Below, piece by piece: positions 24,543 to 39,066 of a stretch of DNA of 64,000 nucleotides. The notes below the pieces were generated by a model that worked only from the letters and a program-made list of their open reading frames with translations, did not search any database and was not told the DNA's origin. The position numbers were made by a program, and so were the translations under genes. Source of the DNA: Podarcis pityusensis (Eukaryota). Within the stretch, counting starts at the first letter, position 1; every line of letters begins with the position of its first letter. The stretch lies in assembly GCA_964106645.2 (NCBI GenBank), contig OZ067040.1. The stretch is one strand, 5' to 3'.

Positions 24543-26609
24543 TCTGATCATCCTGACAACCTGTGAAAGGACCCACAACCACCCTGTAATTTGGCAGCAG
24601 CTCCACCTGGAGGTGCAAAGTCATATACAATCCACACTCCCACAAGCCGCCACGTGAAAGCCTAAGAGCATCAGAACCTCAACATTTAATTCATAACCTA
24701 CCTCATCCATTTAAATACCGACTTTCCCTGCAGACTTTGCTACTGTGCAGCAACTTCCTGTGCAGAAAATGAGCTTTTGCCGTTCTGAACAAGATTAGCG
24801 AATCTTAAATCAGATATGCTTGGCCTATAATGGACTTGGAAAGCTTATAAATACATTTTCATTGCAAACATTGCTGGCTGACAAATGTCAGTTTTGCAGC
24901 AGGTTTGTAGGGAAATGAAGAATGTATCATACAAGGAGGTCTCTGCTGCTGGTATGATCAACTCTTAAAAGCAAGCCGAGACCACCTTATCTGAGCCCTT
25001 TTATTTATTTTCTGACTGGGCTCTCCCAATCTGTGATTTTCTTCTGGAATTCTTGGTTTGTACGTTATGAGTTGCAGCAAAGGTTGTGTTTTCCTGAGTA
25101 TGTTGCAGGTTGATTGGACTGCAGAAAGTGCTACAGATAGAGGGTGCTCTTTTCCTAAATCAAGTTGCATCCAGCAAATGTATACCTCTGACTGTCAAGG
25201 AAGTGAGAGAAGCCCAAAGCCAGTGCATTCTTGGGAAATATTGTAAACAAAAAATGTCGCCTTTCTTCTGTGTAGGAAGGCAACATAGTAAAGTCTTAAT
25301 CTCAGTTAAAGTAAAGCTGCTGGCTTGACATGTGTGCAGGAGTTTACCACGTAAGCTGCACATTTCATTGCAAACCTGCAAATATTTCAAAAGAAAGGCT
25401 TCTATACCGAGTGTTGTAATAAAAGGGCTCTAGTGCCTAATCTAAAGCATTTTAGTGGCCAGTTCAGTTGAATGAATGAATGAAGTAATGAATAGAATTT
25501 GAAAATGTCAGCAACACCACTGCCCCAACTAGTATGTCTTTTGAACCTGGTCAGCAAGCATATTTCTAAAGAGGGCCACAAAGACTTCACTTACTCCCAT
25601 GTGAGCTAAGGGCGCTTTCAGATGGTCACTATTTTCCGATGTGATTCAGTCACCTGAAAACCTTATTTCATTACTAGGCTGAACAATTAGAGTCACCTAA
25701 TTAACTTTTTTTTTTTTTTTTTTTTGCAAAGGAGTTTGCCTTAATATGCTTTTTTGGTACGTTACTTTAGCCAATACATGGATTTTTGCACACATTACTT
25801 GGCTGGAGAACTGCATTGCAAAATTCAGAGAAGTGTGAATTTCAAAGGATGGCTGTGTTTCAGTCTGCCTTTTGTTTGGAAAAGTGTGTATTACATATAT
25901 GTGAACTGAGTTCAGTTTTTCCCCTATCCCCTGTCCCCTCCACAGGACAAATAATAGTTCTTCTCATGTGCAAAGTCAGGCTGTAGTAATCTGACAGCCT
26001 TATGACAAAAGAACCTGAAAGGAACTGATGGAATATCTAATTTTAAAGTTGATAAATGTACGAGTTGATCAGGCAGGTACCTGGATATTTGAGGAGAACT
26101 GATAAGATGCATAGGAGTCTTCTGATTACACACAGATTTCATTTAAAACCTTGTTTGTTGCTGGGGCTGTTTACAAAACACAGCGGGATGCCAAGGAACA
26201 GCTTTCCAGTCTGAAAAAATAGATCAAACAAGCCTAATAGTAAACAACATGTTGCGCGTGTGTGCGTACACACACACACACATTACTGACAATCTCAGAA
26301 GGATTACAGCAGGAAGTTTACATCACTAACCTTTTCAAACATTTATCTTGACAGTACTCCTTTTGTCAAATTTTAGAGGGGGTGAGTGGCCCTACTTTGT
26401 AGAAAGGCATTGCAGCATACTGATAAAAAATGTTATTATTGGAGGATAATGACCATTGTTGGCGCCTCTTTATAACAGCAGTATAATGTTAACAACATAA
26501 AGGATTGCTTCAGGATAAATGAGCTCTGGTAAGGTCTGTTCAAATGTTTGCTTTCCTCCTACCTAGCTGCTGGCATTTCCAACAATCCGTCCTGGGTTTC
26601 CTTTTTACT

Positions 26610-26900
26610 TTCTACAAAGTTCTTGTATTCATATGCAAAGTCCTGAAAAAACTGGGCCTAGGATATAAGGACTGCCGGAGGCCTTATATCTCAGCCCAGT
26701 TCCTGAGAATATCCAGAGGAGCACTGTTTGGTATCCTCCTGTGTTGCAGAGGTCCAGCTGGCCTGAACTAGAAGCCAGGTATTTAGTGGTGCTGCTCCCA
26801 TTCTGGGGGACTCTCTTCCAGCAGAGATTCAACAGGAATCTTTGCCTTTGACTCTCAGGTATCTCTGGAAGACCTTTTCCATTTGGTGGTTTGCATTTTC
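26610..26900 (+). mobile_element. L2 LINE 3' fragment
   Basis: YKVLVFICKVLKKLGLGYKDCRRPY resembles L2 FKVLVLTYKALNGLGPGYL.DRL.PY, followed by a decayed 'FSxxAPxLW' region. Confidence 0.7.
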
Positions 26901-28229
26901 TTAATGTGAGTTAGTCATTTATTCAATGATGTGAGCAGAAGTGACTCAGTTGGTGGAGCAGAGCTAAAGCAATGGCCTTCCTGCAATAGTATTGCTACTG
27001 CTTCCAGAAATGGGAGATGCAGCAATGAGGTTAAAGCTGTGTGTGGTTGCACCAGTGGGAGCACCACATTGGCTCTGCTATTGTGTCCAAGAGGCCCTGA
27101 AGTCCTTGCTGCCTCTGCCTTCCACCTGATGTCTCCAGGAGACAATTGCTGAAGCTCCATTCCACCAGGTTCGGTGAGTGACCCTCCACCATCTCTCAGG
27201 GAGCTTCCAGGCTGTCCCTTTTTTTCAGGTGGGATTCAATCACATGCTGGCAAATTCAGGTTGTGAAACTCAAACTGAATTGGTGCTGCTATGCAACAAA
27301 CCCATTACCCCCACCTTGCAAGCAGACATTTTGTGATCAGAAAAGTAATGGGGAAATGCATTGGAAAGTGCAAGATAACGATCACTTAGCACAACATCGT
27401 CTAACCTCTCCACACAAAAAAAATCAGAACAACATTGTCTAACCTCCCCACCAACAAATCATAATGAATGCTAAAGAAACAGTTCATCTGGAAGCAATCT
27501 TGTTCTCGAATCTGGAGGATTCTCCCATGTGCTATAGGATATATTGGGATGGTTTCTAAACCTCGGACTGAAAGATTTATGAATCAAGCAGTAAAATATA
27601 TTATTGAATAAGAGGCATTTCCATTAAGAACTCTTTAGGAAACTAAAACTTAGTAGAAAAGATAAATTATTCAGTAGGTTTTAAATACTGTTTGGAATTG
27701 TTTTGAGGTTTTGTTTTTTTTAAAAAACCAATCATAAAGAGACGATGCAAGTATTGGCTTCACAGCAATGCATATGCCAACTGTGTACCCATGCGGACAT
27801 GAGTGAGCATTCAGAGCCACACGCCATCTCACAGTGGAAAGAAATGGAAAATTAAACCTCTAATTATTTCACTGGAAATTATAGGATTATATGCAACCAC
27901 CCATAGCAGATAGCAGATAAAATGCCCAGCTTTGTTTAGTCTGCCTTTAAAAGTGTGCCGGAAGAGTGAAAACTCAGGAGTTACTTTAATTGTGCATGTG
28001 TGTTTTTAAATAAACAAGACAATTACAGGAAAGCATTTTCCTCCTGAGTTAAATTGTCAGGTACACTTTGCGACCACAGTTCCACAAACACCTGAAAGTT
28101 CCACTGAGCACAACAGTATTTACTTCTGAGTAGGACTAGAGTTACACTGTTAAAAGATATCAACATGTGCTCAAGGGAAATGACGTTCTTAAAATGATGA
28201 CTAACAGTCTATGTCCCTTTAAATGTGTT

Positions 28230-28368
28230 TGTGAAAGGGGGGTTATTAGTTTGTTCTTTTTCTTGTTTATATTATGTATCTTGTGGTTTTATTCTGTATT
28301 TTTGTGCTGTGAACTGCCCTGAGATCTTTGGCTGAAGGGCAGTATACAAATTTAATTAATAACAATGA
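28230..28368 (+). mobile_element. LINE (L2-type) 3' tail
   Basis: T-rich tract then 'tgtgaactgccctgagatctttggctgaagggcagtatacaaatttaattaataac'. Confidence 0.6.
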
Positions 28369-28896
28369 TATCCAATGTATGGTTGATTTAGAAACCAGAA
28401 ATAGGTCGCTCTCCTTTAGTCAGGATATTTGAGCCATCTTGGTCCAGCTGATAAGCAAATGAGACCGTATAGGACAGGAATAGTGAACTGGGGATAGTAT
28501 GTATGCAGGTATAACTATGTATGTACGAATGTTTATTTTCTCAATTTTTTATATAAATGAATCCACGAAACATCTTACAAAGCTACAGGTGTGCTTTTTG
28601 TAACTATAAGCTATCGTTATATTTCTAAAGACAGGACCGTTTAAACTTGTAATGCCCAAGATGGCTGATATTGTTCTCCTCTTAAGATCTTTGGCCTCCA
28701 GAAGGGTAGACGTGAGCTGTAGAAAGGGAAGAAGCAGATTCCTTAGTATGGGGATGAAGTTAAAGGAACAGACAGGAACCAAAAAGAAGGGGTGGAATAG
28801 GGAGAGAATGAGGAGTAGCAGAGCATAATTAGGGCCTGAGCGGTAGGTCCATCTAGTTGGTCACAGGCTGTGCCTTTAATGTATAGATGTATATAA

Positions 28897-29460
28897 TGTC
28901 AGCATCGCCCTTGAGCCAGTGTCACCAACTTGACTCATCCACTTCAGCCACTCTCTGGGCTGGGCGAGCTGGGTAGCACTTCCAGAGACCACCTTCTGCA
29001 CAGGAACAGGTCAAAGTGCTGTGGACTCACAGCTTAGAGTTGTGAGCACCGGATTCACTCCAACAAGAAGACAGTCGTTGCACAGCAGAGTTTAGCAGAG
29101 TATAGCAGAGTATAAATGACTCGGAGAGCAGCTCTGTAGAATATCTTCTTTATTCTATCTACAACTATAATATACAACTATATACAGAGCTAAATGAGGT
29201 CTAAGCAAAATGAATGCTGAACTGCACTGTGTGTCTGCAGCTGCTCTTAGCAGCAACCTTATCTAAACACACGATCTCTAACACTCAGTCTCTCTCTCTC
29301 CGACACACTGACTGACTGACTCTTTGATGTGGTGCTGGAGCAGAATAAGTAGAGAGCAGAACACCGCCCCTCCTCTCTGGAAAATCCACCAGACTCATCA
29401 GGAGATTCTTGGATATGGGAGGGGTGAAATCTCCTCATATAATGTATGGAAAGATTAACA
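28897..29460 (-). mobile_element. LTR-like element (left boundary uncertain)
   Basis: Right end TTAACA (TGTTAA on minus), minus-strand AATAAA near 29150, internal tandem 'agcagagt(a/t)t' x3 and (CT)n/(ACTG)n stretches. No unambiguous TSD. Confidence 0.55.
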
Positions 29461-30664
29461 AGCTGAGTTATGCATATTGATCCACTGTGAAAAGCACAGG
29501 TGCAAGCTGTCTGTTTTTCTGATCACTTGGCAAGCCTAGTTGGTTGGCTGTTGTGTGGCCCGATGTTTGGGATGTCCCATGGCATCTGCAACCCTTGTTC
29601 TGCTCTGACATCACTGCCGGTATGTGTGGGCACCCTGTGTTGTTGCAAGGACATTGTTACCACGATGGCAGACACTGCTGGCAGACAGCAAGTTGGCTAT
29701 CCCTGCAAAGGCCATAGAGTACAATTAGGCTCAGTTCCCTGAAGATCAGGACCTAATAATGTGAGCTACTGAATCATCTGGGTCAGGTTTTAAGTCCAAT
29801 TATACAAACATAACTGAAGAGTGAATTGCAAAGGAGTGTAGTTCATCAAGCATTTTCTGCATTCCAGAGCCTTAAGAGATGTCAGCAGTGAATTATTATC
29901 CTGTTGAAATAAACAGAATAAGATAAACCCAATTGACCTTTAATACTTTTGCTGCTCACAGCTTCCCCAGTGGAAATCATCCCCAAGTGAAGCTGGACTA
30001 GATCAAGCAAATGACCTAAGCTTACCATTAGGCAGAGTGAGGAAATAAACAGAGAGAAAGCAGGTACTGGGGGTGCCCCCTAAATTGTCCCATCATTACC
30101 ATGCTTCGGAGCTGGTATCCCAGTAGTGATAACAGCATTTGCTTACTGCTGTTCTGGGCTGCTCTGCCCCAACTTCCAGCATATTATGCACAGCACTGTT
30201 GCGAAAGGCCTTAATGAGGCAAGCAGGCACAGAAGCAGCCACTCTGTGTATGCTTGCTTGATTCTCACTGCCATTGCAGGAGGAAGCAGAAGGCAGAGAG
30301 GTGCCAAGGGAGTGGGAAGTGGTGAGGCCTCTTGGCTGGAGTGGAAGATAGTGAGGAGGGTGGGTGTAGAAAAGGTGTGGTGTACCATAAAAACAAAAAT
30401 GTACATTAGTTGCTCTGCCTGCTTTTGCCTCTGGCCCTACCCACTCCTGGCAGGTGGCTCTTAGAAGGTTGCCCAGAAGGGAATGTGGCTCTGAGGCTGA
30501 AAAGTGTTCCCCATGCCTCCTTTACTCACTGCTCTAACATCCTCCAATCACTTCCTCCCAAAGCAACTTTTCAAGCACAAGAGAGTCCACTCTTACTGTG
30601 TTGTGTAACTTTTTTGAGTGTGTTTGGGTTCAGTCCTCCCCTTCTTTAATATAATCCTTGAATA

Positions 30665-30762
30665 TCAGGGATGGCTGCTGTATGGGTGACCCCAGCCAGT
30701 TAGGGATGGTAGGATTTATAGCTCAACAAAATTTGCAGGGCCACAAGTTAGCCACCTCCGCC
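30665..30762. mobile_element. Internally deleted hAT-type MITE copy
   Basis: 'cagggatggctg...gggatggtaggatttatagctcaacaaaatttgcagggccacaagttagccacctc'. Confidence 0.5.
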
Positions 30763-31189
30763 TTACATGAACTGGACAGGACCGACAGTAGATATGCGCC
30801 CATTCTACTCCAGTTAGGTTGATGCCTGGTTGATTTATGCAGAGAGCCCTTCTTCTCAAAATACTATTCACCAGGCACCTTTTGTTACTCACTAAAAGAT
30901 AAAACCTGTTCCATTGTACTGAGAGTTTGCTTTAATGTTTTATTCCTAGACTCTTCTTTTTCTACAATGACTGTGAATGCTAAAAATACCCCGTCTAGAC
31001 ATTTATAGTATCCCTTGCAAGCACCATAAACCCTGGTGTGAAGAGCTGGAAAAATAAGTTTTGTCTCACTGAATTCCCCCTGGCCCTCCCTAATGTGCTG
31101 TTCAACTTTTGTCCAACTTTTGCATGTATTATGTTTTCAAAGTTGTGCAAATGCCTTAGAAACTGTTTTAATAATAAACTGATAACAAA

Positions 31190-31350
31190 GGCTGCATGCA
31201 CACCAGACAATTAAAGCATCTCTGCAAAAAAATCCTGGGAATTATAGTTCACTCTTCATAGAGCTACAGTTCCCAGCACCTTTGACAAACTACAGTTCTT
31301 ATGATTCTTTGGGAGGGGTGTGTGTGATTTAATTGTACGGTGTGTGTAGA
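31190..31350. mobile_element. Palindromic MITE copy (ctgggaactgtagtt family)
   Basis: 'aatcctgggaattatagttc...gagctacagttcccagcacc...aaactacagttcttatgattctttggg'. Confidence 0.75.
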
Positions 31351-32029
31351 GTCGAAATCTCTGAATTACTTCATTTATGTAAGGATATAGAGGTAGGTAG
31401 CAACTTGATCTAACAGAAAGTACTGCTTTGTTGTTAAGTGTACGACACCTGCTTAGATTTCAGAAGTGTGCCCTCCCTTTTTTATATATAAAAAACACAC
31501 ACATAAAAACAGATGTGGGGGAAGAAAGATTAAAACTAACTTCAGGAACAGCTATGTTTGTTTACTATACCAGATGCGGATCTTATGTTGTTTATAATCC
31601 GGCACCTCTGAGAGAACTCATTGATTGTAATAAACCTGCTGTAGAGAAAGTGGTTACTAGGCTAAAACAAAATACCATGGCTGTTGCCCAATGAATCTAC
31701 TACTTAGTGAATCACTGGTGTCATATTTTGCTCCAGTCCTTCAGAAGCTTTTGTTGTGATAGGTCCTTATAGCCCATGCCAAGCCCACCTTAATAAAGCA
31801 GCAATATAGATTTGAGGCTAGCATTAAAGCAACAGTCTCATTTAAGTGCAGCATCTAACCCATCGTTTAAGCACAGCATCTGCCAAGGCAAATTCCTTCC
31901 AAAATATAACAGGGTTTGCCTGCTTTGTAAAGATAGAGAGGGATGTGTATAGGCAAGCTGGAGCCTTGTGTGGCAAGGGTACTTGCAAAAGAGCCTCTTT
32001 AGTATCCCAGGGCAGATGTATGAAAGGAG

Positions 32030-32365
32030 GTCATCATCAAACCTTTATTGGCATCACTTACAAACATTCAGAATAAATAGGCCAATGCGATCTTGTCGAC
32101 ATTTCAACAGTACAGTCATTTGCCAAAGGGAAGAAGAGGCGAGCAATCTATTTCACCTCTGTGGGACACCAGCAAGGGCAGGGGTCCTCTAGTGTACTTC
32201 GGCGGCAGAATATCAAATAGAGGAACTTGGCTACTGTCTTGGTGAGCTCCTGGTCTCTCCCCTGTACTAAGAAGCATATGTTTCTGGTTTCCATGTCTAA
32301 GAATTGTTGGCGGAGACCATCATATATTTTACAATGAAGGGCCATGTGAGCTAGAGTTTCCACTA
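32030..32365 (-). mobile_element. Non-LTR retrotransposon 3' end (RTE-X-like)
   Basis: ETLAHMALHCKIYDGLR...D..LTKTVAKFL resembles a C-terminal H-x4-C zinc knuckle of LINE ORF2. The minus-strand 3' end reads 'gatgccaataaaggtttgatgatg'. Clade is inferred. Confidence 0.65.
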
Positions 32366-32369
32366 GGTG

Positions 32370-32690
32370 GGCAGATCTTATCTATGAAAGGAGGTCTTTC
32401 TTCAAGTAAGCAGGACCTAGTATGTGTAAAGAGCTTTGAGAATTCAGGTTAGCACTTGGAATTCTGTCTAGAAAGCAGCAGCTAACCTCTACAACTCTTC
32501 AAGGACATATGTAATGTGGTCCTTACAATCCTACCCTGACTGCTGAATCCTGGGTCAACTGTACTTTTTGAACAGTCTTCAAAGGCAGTCCTATGTAGAG
32601 GCTATTAGAATAATCTAATCTAGAAGTTATCAAGGCATGAATCGAAGAGACAAAGTCTCAATTGCCAGTTGCCCAGCTGGATGATTTAGC
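32370..32690 (-). mobile_element. L2 LINE RT-thumb fragment
   Basis: Minus strand reads [29 protein letters not shown], the classic L2 HAxVTSRLDYCNxLY.GLP motif. Confidence 0.85.
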
Positions 32691-34659
32691 CCAGTGCATT
32701 TGCTGACCTGCCTGTACGTGTCCTTTGCAGTCTATGAAAGCTGGACCCTCAGGGAAACTGCACTATACATTCTTTCCCTCCCTTAACTGGCAATTCACAA
32801 ACAGTGCTTAAGCCTGAGTTGTTATTTCCAACATTTTTATAATGTTTGTTATAATAGGATATATGCACCTTGTTCTCCCTGGGTAGGCTGAAGTCGCAAT
32901 TTAACTGACTTCAATGTGGAGATCTTTCCATGATCTGTCCTGCTTCTCAGATTAAAAAGACAGAACAGCCCCGCAACAACTTGCAACCACTGAGAGTTAG
33001 AAATTTTGATTAAATAGTGGAAACTTTAAGGGAAAATTCTCACATGCTCCATTCTGGGTGTGCAGAAGTACTTTGCATGAGTCTTTCTGGTTTCTAACCT
33101 ATATGGGGTTAGAAGACCTGTAAAAGACCTGATTCTGACAACAGCTAGATCACCCTTGAACCTGCAAGTAACTGGTAAAATCCACTGGAATCTCAGTCTA
33201 TATGTTTGCAATATCAAGTTGCTTATGGGCCTTCACTTTTATGACGTTTGAGAATCTCTAATCAAGTTTAATCTGTTCTTAGGCTGTCAACATAACTCTC
33301 ATTTACTTGCAAGGATGCAACTTCTGTTTGATCATATATGCATAGAGCTGTAGGGTTTTCGCTGTGTGTATATTTTAAATGCTTGGTTGTATAGCTCACG
33401 ACAGCACCAGCTTATAAAATGTGCAGATTGTAGACCAAGAAGAAGAAATTTCCATTAACTGCTTATGCATGTGGAATCAAAGCAAGCGAACATATTCCTT
33501 TCTCCTGAACAGGGGCAGGCTGCAATAATTTGCAGGAAATTAAAGCCATTTTTCCTTGCTTTGTATGCTTCATATAATGGTGTGCCAAGTTTCAGCCTGA
33601 AACAGATTTTAATGGCTACATTGCAAAACTTTGAAAAAGGTTATAATGAAGACACAGGCAAACACTGAACCATCTCTGTGTAGCCCACTTAGATAAGACA
33701 TATGAATCTTTTTGTTTGGCATACAAGGATAGAACAGCTCGATCATCTATGCTGCCTAGCACATGCCTGGCTACACTAGCCTTGCACAGAGCGAAGTAGG
33801 AAAGAGGCCACATTCTACAGCCATATCCCCCTCCTAATGTAGGACGTCACAGAGAGGAGAGAGAATTTGACATCCATTATGCAAGCTAGCCTCTTGAAAC
33901 GGCCTTTCTTGCTCGAATCAGGTTAAATGTCAATGTAAAACCTACATTGGTCTGAATGAGAAATGCCTCTTTTCTCTGCTTTCTATTCTGCATGGGCATT
34001 CATATAGTGCAGGAGAGGCTCAAAATCAATTTCAGCCTCACGGGTAGAAAATGCTTTCTGACTCCCCTATCCTGCCTTGCAATGATCATTACAGGAAAAA
34101 TAGGGATGGAGGATTCAGTTCAAGGCCTCTTCCTTTTTCTAGATCACTCTTGCCTTCCACATCCTCTGTGGTAGTGCATATGTTTTTTACAGGGGCAGAC
34201 ATATCATTTCACACATGTACAAATTGGGGAGATCAAGGACAGGGATTTGCAAACCTGTCGATTTCAGTTGTCTCAATTTTCTAATTCCAAGTTCAGTTTT
34301 TTACATTTCTGCAGCATTTTCTTTTAAAAACATAGTCTTGAAAACAGTGTGAATTTCTCCTAATAAACACATATTTTGCATTCAGAAAGGATGGGCAAAA
34401 ATTGGGCAAAATATCACCCTTGGTCCCTGAAGGTGGCCAGCATATCCCTGCAGTACTGCACTTACAGTGGTGGCTTTGTGGGTACAGAGAAGAGCTAAAG
34501 TGGCTGGAGACTAGAAAGGATCCACCACAATGGGCAGCTTAAGGAATGGAGTGCTTTGCAGCTTTCTTAACATTCACAAAGTGGGCAAATCTAGTGAGGA
34601 GAAAATTACCCAGCCTGCTTAGCAACAGTTGATGTGAGCCCACACTGCTAAAGCTGAAG

Positions 34660-34803
34660 AGCAGCAAACCTAACTTTAAGCCTCTGTCCCTCCAAATGTT
34701 GCTGAACCATAACTATCATTATTCCTGACCTTGTCTATCCTGGCTGAGACTGATAGGAGTTGGAGTCTAACACTAACTGGTAGCCCACTGACTTCCTACT
34801 TCT
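34660..34803. mobile_element. hAT-type palindromic MITE copy
   Basis: 'ctccaaatgttgctgaaccataactatcattattcctgacc...ctggctgagactgataggagttggagtc'. Confidence 0.6.
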
Positions 34804-35304
34804 GTTATAACACAATTATATGATCCTCCTTTGCACTGGGGCACTGTATACATTCACCCCAGATATCACCCCTCAATTATTTATGAATCATTTCCCACTT
34901 CTTCATGTAGCACTGAAGTTAAAAATACGATCCCCCCTGCCATCTGTTAAGAAGATTTTCTTTATAAAGGGAATATACTAAAATGATACCACCGATCATG
35001 AATTTATCTTCATGAGATAGGGATGGCTTCATCTTTCATAAGTGTCATTGTGAAGCAAAGTTGAATAATGAAGCCACCTTTATCAAGAATAGATGGATTC
35101 AATTTCCTCTGTACCAGAATGTCATACTTGAAGCACATCTACTTCTTAAAACTCGCCTGTGGGTTTTTGCCCTCTCTTGCTCTGATGCAGTTTCTCCACT
35201 TTTCCCTCCACCATCCCTGCTTATTTTATTTTTGGTTCCTGCCACATAAAGCAAGTCTCAAAGGTTAGTTGTTCGCTCTCTTTCTCCATGTTCATTCTTA
35301 CATT

Positions 35305-35513
35305 TGTACATCAGCTTTCATTTGAGGAGCTCAAGGTGGTGTGTACATTCTCATTTGGTCTTCATTTCATTCTCACAACAACCCTGTGGGGTAGGTTAAA
35401 CTGAGCAATAGTGTGTGGCCCAAGGTCACCCAATGAGCCTCATGGCTCAGTTGGGATTTGAACTCTGGTTTCACAGATCCCAGTCCAACACTCTCACCAC
35501 TACACCATCTTGG
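35305..35513 (-). mobile_element. CORE-SINE (MIR/Squam3-like)
   Basis: 'ctcacaacaaccctgtggggtagg...tggcccaaggtcaccc...gggatttgaactctgg...ccactacaccat' is a reverse CORE plus tRNA head. Confidence 0.85.
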
Positions 35514-35954
35514 ACCAAAGGGAGAATAATGTCACATGGCTTTCCCATGCAAACTGAAATATAGTTTGAAATGGAAATTGGGAGTGGCAATTATACATCT
35601 GTGAATATGATTATAGCAATATTCTAGTATGTGTGCATGCTAAAAAAAGTTTGAATGAGCTAAGGCAAAAAACATTCTTAGCAGTAGTCCAGGTGGGGAT
35701 TGGGTTCAAAAGAGCGCACAGGAGAAACCCCACTTGATAGTTTGTTTTCAACCATTTCCTCTGCTGTCCCTATGGCTGCCTCTATATGGAGAATCTCTGT
35801 GCCTTCTGGCTGCTGCCAGAAATGTGGGCTGGAGGCATTGAGAGTGGGGACTGCCATGCGACACTGGTCCTTTACATGGGTTTGGGCAGCATTCCAGGGA
35901 ATGTATCGTGTCTGGTCTGGTCTTGTGTTATTCATTTCCATGTTCAGGTGCAGT

Positions 35955-36086
35955 CAGTGCTTTTTCTCTCTAGAAAAATAGGTGCCAGTACTCACCATGA
36001 AGTTGTTGTAAGTGCCACACTTTTTAACAACAAAAAAAGAGGTGTCGGTACTGCATACGCTTTAGCACCCCTGGAAAAAAGCTCTG
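35955..36086. mobile_element. hAT non-autonomous element
   Basis: TIR cagtgcttttt...aaaaaagctctg with 8-bp TSD GGTGCAGT/GGTGCAAT. Confidence 0.8.
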
Positions 36087-39066
36087 GGTGCAATCCAAAA
36101 TTTAAGGTTTAGGCATCTGTAAGATTGTGCGGGTGGATGAAAAGAGCAAACAGACCATTTTTTAATGAAAGAAATTGGCTAGAAATAAAGGAAGGAATTG
36201 GGATTGGGAGAGTATATCATGGGGAGGCTGTGGAAAGACTTTGCTCAAACTGCTCCAGATTCTAGTGCTCTGGACAACAGGACTTTGAGGATACAGTTGC
36301 AAGAAATGAGTACTTAGGAAAGTACTGTAGCAATTGTTCCTGCTTCTCAACTCTTCTGTTTATTTTGAAGTACCTCAGATCTGAAAATGGAAACGCAGAA
36401 ATAGTGATGAGAGTTGAATCCTTTGTAATATATTTCTTTCTGTACCAATAGATGGAGCTCTTCCTTTTCATCTATGTTTCATTCCACCAAGTACAGCCAC
36501 CTTTCTCTGGCTATGTCCCCCACAAGATATAACCTTCATCTAAACACCAGTCAATAGGCATAATTATATGAAAGTTACAGTCTTTGCCACACCACCTCTG
36601 TACATATCCATGTAGCAATGCCACTTAGCTTATTATACATGTGCGGTAGCCTGCTGAAAATATGGGGGTGTCTTCTTGCAACCTGTCTCTCAATCCAAGA
36701 GAGCCTTAATATAATACCTTGCTGAATTCTCTGCAATATTCATGCCTTTTGCCCATCTACACAACAGTTGTTCCGTCACAGCATATGGAGGTGGATCAAT
36801 CACATTCTGCACTTTCAGCATTCACTTTAAGAGAAGGAAACACACAGAGACTCAATTTTCAACCCAATTATGTACTAGGAAGGAAATTCTTTGGGAATGA
36901 CCTTCCAGGTTTTAAACTCCTTAGAGAAACAAGGAAACATTTTCACATTATATTTACCTAATTGAGGAGATTCAGGCTATTAGATGAGATATAAAATAAA
37001 TTAAATTCCATGGCAGGTGAACACCCTAAGGGTACTTTGGTGCATTACACTATATTAATATTCTTCAAGACCGCTGCGTAAGCTTAGGAGAGCTAACTTC
37101 AAAATGAGCTGTATAGGCCACCTGCAGCAATTCGCCCCTCTTCTCTCGCTTCCCTAGTCAAGCTACAACGCTAGATAATTTTGCTCCAATTATTGATTAA
37201 ATAATTGGCTTGGAATATGTCGGGTTTTAAAGAAATCTCATTCTCAGAACACAAAAGCAAGCTATGCAAGCATATGATAGAATGTCCTAACCTTGCAATT
37301 CTAGTTCCCATTAATGCACATATTGAAAAAAGGTAAATACATTTTTACATATTCCTCTAAAGGCGGAGAAAGAGCAAAATATCTTATATTGGGAAAGGGA
37401 TATTAATTCACAGGTCTTCTTAGAACCTGGTCAGAAGAAAGATAAAAGGTTTTAATGAGCAGCAAGGTTTTTCCCCTGGATGTGTGTGCGCATCCATATG
37501 CATTTGCTGATAGGACTATAAAACCGAGGGATTTCGTAATGCTCTTCCAAAAGGATGACTGGTGAAATGGAGCGCTTACTGAGATGATAAGGGACTGGTA
37601 GTTGGTGTTCCTTATTACTGCAGTTTGGGTTAGTGGGGAACTTTTAATTAGGCTCTAGAATTTTAAAACTTGCAAGGTTATCAAGAAGAAATAATCCCAG
37701 TCACTAGACAGCATATTTAGTGGGGAATAGAAGGCACATTTCTACTTGGAAGAAAGCAAAGCATTTCTTTACAATCCAGTTCTTCTTTCATGCCAAAGCT
37801 TGGCAAAGAGATCAAGTGGAATTATTCTCAGATGTCAGAATTTTGGCTGTTTTCAAAAGATCTTAATGATATTTTGGGAGCAGGTCAGAAGTCCCCCCCC
37901 CCTACATGCCTATTTCTTTCCATCCCCCCATTCCTTGATATTTCCAGTTTCCACAGTTTAATCATTATGACTTAAAAGCCTGTGCCTCCTTTCCAATTAT
38001 AGCATAATATAGGTATAATCTTTGCATAGTTTCAATAGATGCCCTACTTTCTGACTGTTTCTTTCTTTATAGTTACAGAGGCAGGCTGTGATTTCACCGT
38101 TGTTTAAGAGTTCATCTGCTTTATGCTCCAATCAATACATTTCCCTTTCTTCTCTGCTATATGATGAAATCAAGTTTCAAAAGGAGCAATGAGAAATGGG
38201 CTTGGCGAGTGCCACTGAGGTTATGGATTTCATCTTACCGTAATTCTTATTGCAAGTGCCTCTTCCGTGGTAGGGCTTATGTTGTTCGTGCCAATTTACA
38301 TTTAATGCTACAATGGAATGCAATAGTTTCACATCATCTTTTAAATTGCTGAAAATTTCAATATAAGACTGCTAAGAAATATATCTTTCCTGGGCTGCCA
38401 CATCCTGTGTTCATTTTATTTTTTCACATTGCATTTTTACAGGTAAAACACATTACAAGCATACTTTAAAACAGGGGCAGGCAGACTTTGGACTTCACGG
38501 CTCTCTCCATATATATTTTTGGTAGAACCCCAGGACCTGTCAGCTAGAGCCAGGTGCAAAAGTCATGAGGTTAGAATCAACAAACAGGCTGCCTCTGAGC
38601 ACATTCTGAGTAGGAATTGGGTTTCAGTACAGTTCTTTCACATAAATGTGAGCACACAGTCCATTCACACAAGTGTGCACTCCTGGCTAGCTGACTTATT
38701 TTAGCAGCCTAGCCTAGGTAGAATAAAAAAGTCATTTTGTTGTTGGTATTGTTCAACAACCTATAACTGCAAACATGCAATCGATTTAGAATCGGAACGC
38801 CTTGTCAATTTACTGCAAATCACCCAGAGCTCCACCAGTAGATCCCTATCTGCCTTCTGCCTTAAATCATTTAACACGTGAATCAGATCTGGTCTGTGGC
38901 CTTGGGCTATTTAACATCACTTGGGCTAAGGCTGAAATTACCTCCAAGGTCAGAAAAGAGGCGCTGATCCACCCTGCAGTTACTTCTGTGGCACGTCTGA
39001 GCTGGCTGCACATGAAACACATCATTTGCCAGAGTAAACACCAGTCAAAGTGCTGCTGCTTTAAGA

